64,000 nucleotides of DNA from positions 13,888,001 to 13,952,000 of the forward strand of contig NC_092674.1 of assembly GCF_964355755.1 (NCBI RefSeq), written 5' to 3'. The notes beneath the pieces were generated by a model. The model saw only the letters and a list, made by a program, of their open reading frames with translations, had not been told where the DNA came from and did no database searches. A program made the position numbers and the translations under genes. This DNA is from Antedon mediterranea (Eukaryota > Animalia > Echinodermata). Shown piece by piece: positions 62,640 through 64,000 of this stretch (within the stretch, counting starts at the first letter, position 1; the number at the start of each line of letters is the position of its first letter).

Positions 62640-63253
62640 TGTAATATAATGATATACTTTTTTAATTGAGAAATCAACCTTTGTATGAGATTTCAAATAA
62701 GTTCACAAACTTCGCCCAGAAAGTCCAGAGGAGAAAATGTCCAGATGTTTAAAAAGTCCATTTAGTTATAATCGAATCTCTAAAGAAAACACTTAGCTTA
62801 ACTTTGTGACCTCACCCATCGTTAAACCAGGAGAGATTGACACTATTTAAGTACAGATTTGACATTGTTATCCATCATTGAAATACCTTATTATACCGTT
62901 AATCACTTCTACTTAAACACCCCTGGATCAACTTAGGACCAATCAGTAACTTCACAGTTGATGTAATGACATATGCAAATGAACTGAGCCAATATACCCC
63001 CAAGTTTCAGAAGAGCCCGGACACACCTTACAGCCACTTCACGGAGCACACACCTCACAGCCACTTCTCCAGAAGAACACCTACACTCACATCTCACCGA
63101 CAGCATCACTGATCCTCTGTTTCTTATTCTTAATTTATAGTTATACTTATACTTATAGTTGTATATTGTACTGATTATACTGAATAAACAGACAGTCAAG
63201 CGAGTAAAGAGTCTTTATTACAAGTCAGAAACCTTACACAACGTTATATTACA
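62640..63253 (+). repeat. 3' LTR (614 bp)
   Basis: Preceded by PPT aaaaaaaagggaaacagaggga; TGTAATATAA...TTATATTACA; AATAAA at about 63183. Confidence 0.9.
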
Positions 63254-63264
63254 TTAACGATCAT

Positions 63265-63960
63265 CGGAATGGCTGAATCCAATCCACTGTTGAATTTCCC
63301 GCTACGGGTACGGTTACTAGGCATGCACAGGTGGTTAGGCAAATAGTGATCGAGTTATTTGAGAGTGATACACTAACTAGCATAGTTGAAAACGGCTTCT
63401 CAAAGATGCTTAATTCTACTAAAATACAAGATTCTCTCAATAAATCGATTACGACTATCATAGATGACAAACTTAGTCAGGTTGTTAATCAAACTAATAC
63501 GATAAACATTAAAGTTAACAGCCTTGAAGAAACGGTAAAAGAAATTGATCATAAAGTAAACAAGGACTTTAAATTGGTGTATGCTGATCACCGTGAGCCA
63601 CATTCCATTATGGATGAATTAGACCAGGCAGTAGAGAATTTAAATCAGCAAGCTCACGATCTCGAACAAGAAATTGTCTTCGTGTGTTCGGTGTGAAAGA
63701 GGAGGCTAACGAAAACACGGATAACATCATTATCGGCATAGTTGAAAATAAATTAGGGTTTAAGTTGGTTCCTGATAACATTGATCGTTCACACAGGGTT
63801 GGTAAAAGGAAAGAAAATCAAAACAAGCCTAGGCCGATCATTGTTAAGTTCGTCTCCTATCGATATCGTAGGATGGTGATTACGGCTCGGAGGAAGCTAA
63901 AGTGATCTAGCCTATCCATACAAGACTTAACCCGTAAACGCATCGATCTGTTACGCACAA
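63265..63960 (+). mobile_element. Degenerate LINE ORF1 (coiled coil + L1/Transposase_22-type RRM)
   Basis: Heptad-rich ORF 63331-63696, then FGVKE..ENTD..IDRSHRVG..PRPIIVKFVSY, frameshifted. Confidence 0.8.
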
Positions 63961-64000
63961 CAAGTTTGTTTGTTTGTTTGTTTGTTTTATCTTTATACTG

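Larger units (their letters stand above)
55173..63253 (+). mobile_element. Degenerate Ty3/Gypsy LTR retrotransposon (gag, PR, RT, RNase H, IN) with dissimilar LTRs
   Basis: 5' LTR 55173-56025 + PBS-like TGGTGGAAGACC; gag from 56789 with knuckle CYFCGKPGH; LFDSG protease; IDLKSAF..HLDDII RT; YSDTS..YSVTELE RNase H; integrase 60064-61005; PPT then 3' LTR 62640-63253. Confidence 0.92.

Overview
AT-rich, intron-containing animal genomic DNA (an invertebrate; an echinoderm/basal-deuterostome-like repeat and gene repertoire is inferred, not proven). The main host gene is a large minus-strand gene reconstructed by hand from 23 GT-AG exons (54851 down to 11896, 3921 nt, about 1306 aa, 5' end not found in the window). 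It encodes a ROCO GTPase with no kinase domain visible and the architecture ankyrin repeats - death domain - Roc - COR - linker - three tandem death domains. The left end holds the last three exons of an SLC22-family transporter (+) and a decayed IQ-motif gene fragment. Much of the rest is transposon-derived: a near-intact CR1/L2-type LINE, a young Penelope-like element (intact RT + GIY-YIG ORF, tandem plus inverted structure, hammerhead-like motifs, 13-bp TSD) inside a ROCO intron, a non-autonomous Helitron, HINE/DINE-like elements, a nested MITE stack (37.1-43.9 kb) with two near-identical composite MITEs, degenerate CR1/RTE LINEs, a solo LTR, and a degenerate Gypsy element whose two LTRs do not match. 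There is also a 44-bp minisatellite, which is not a CRISPR array.
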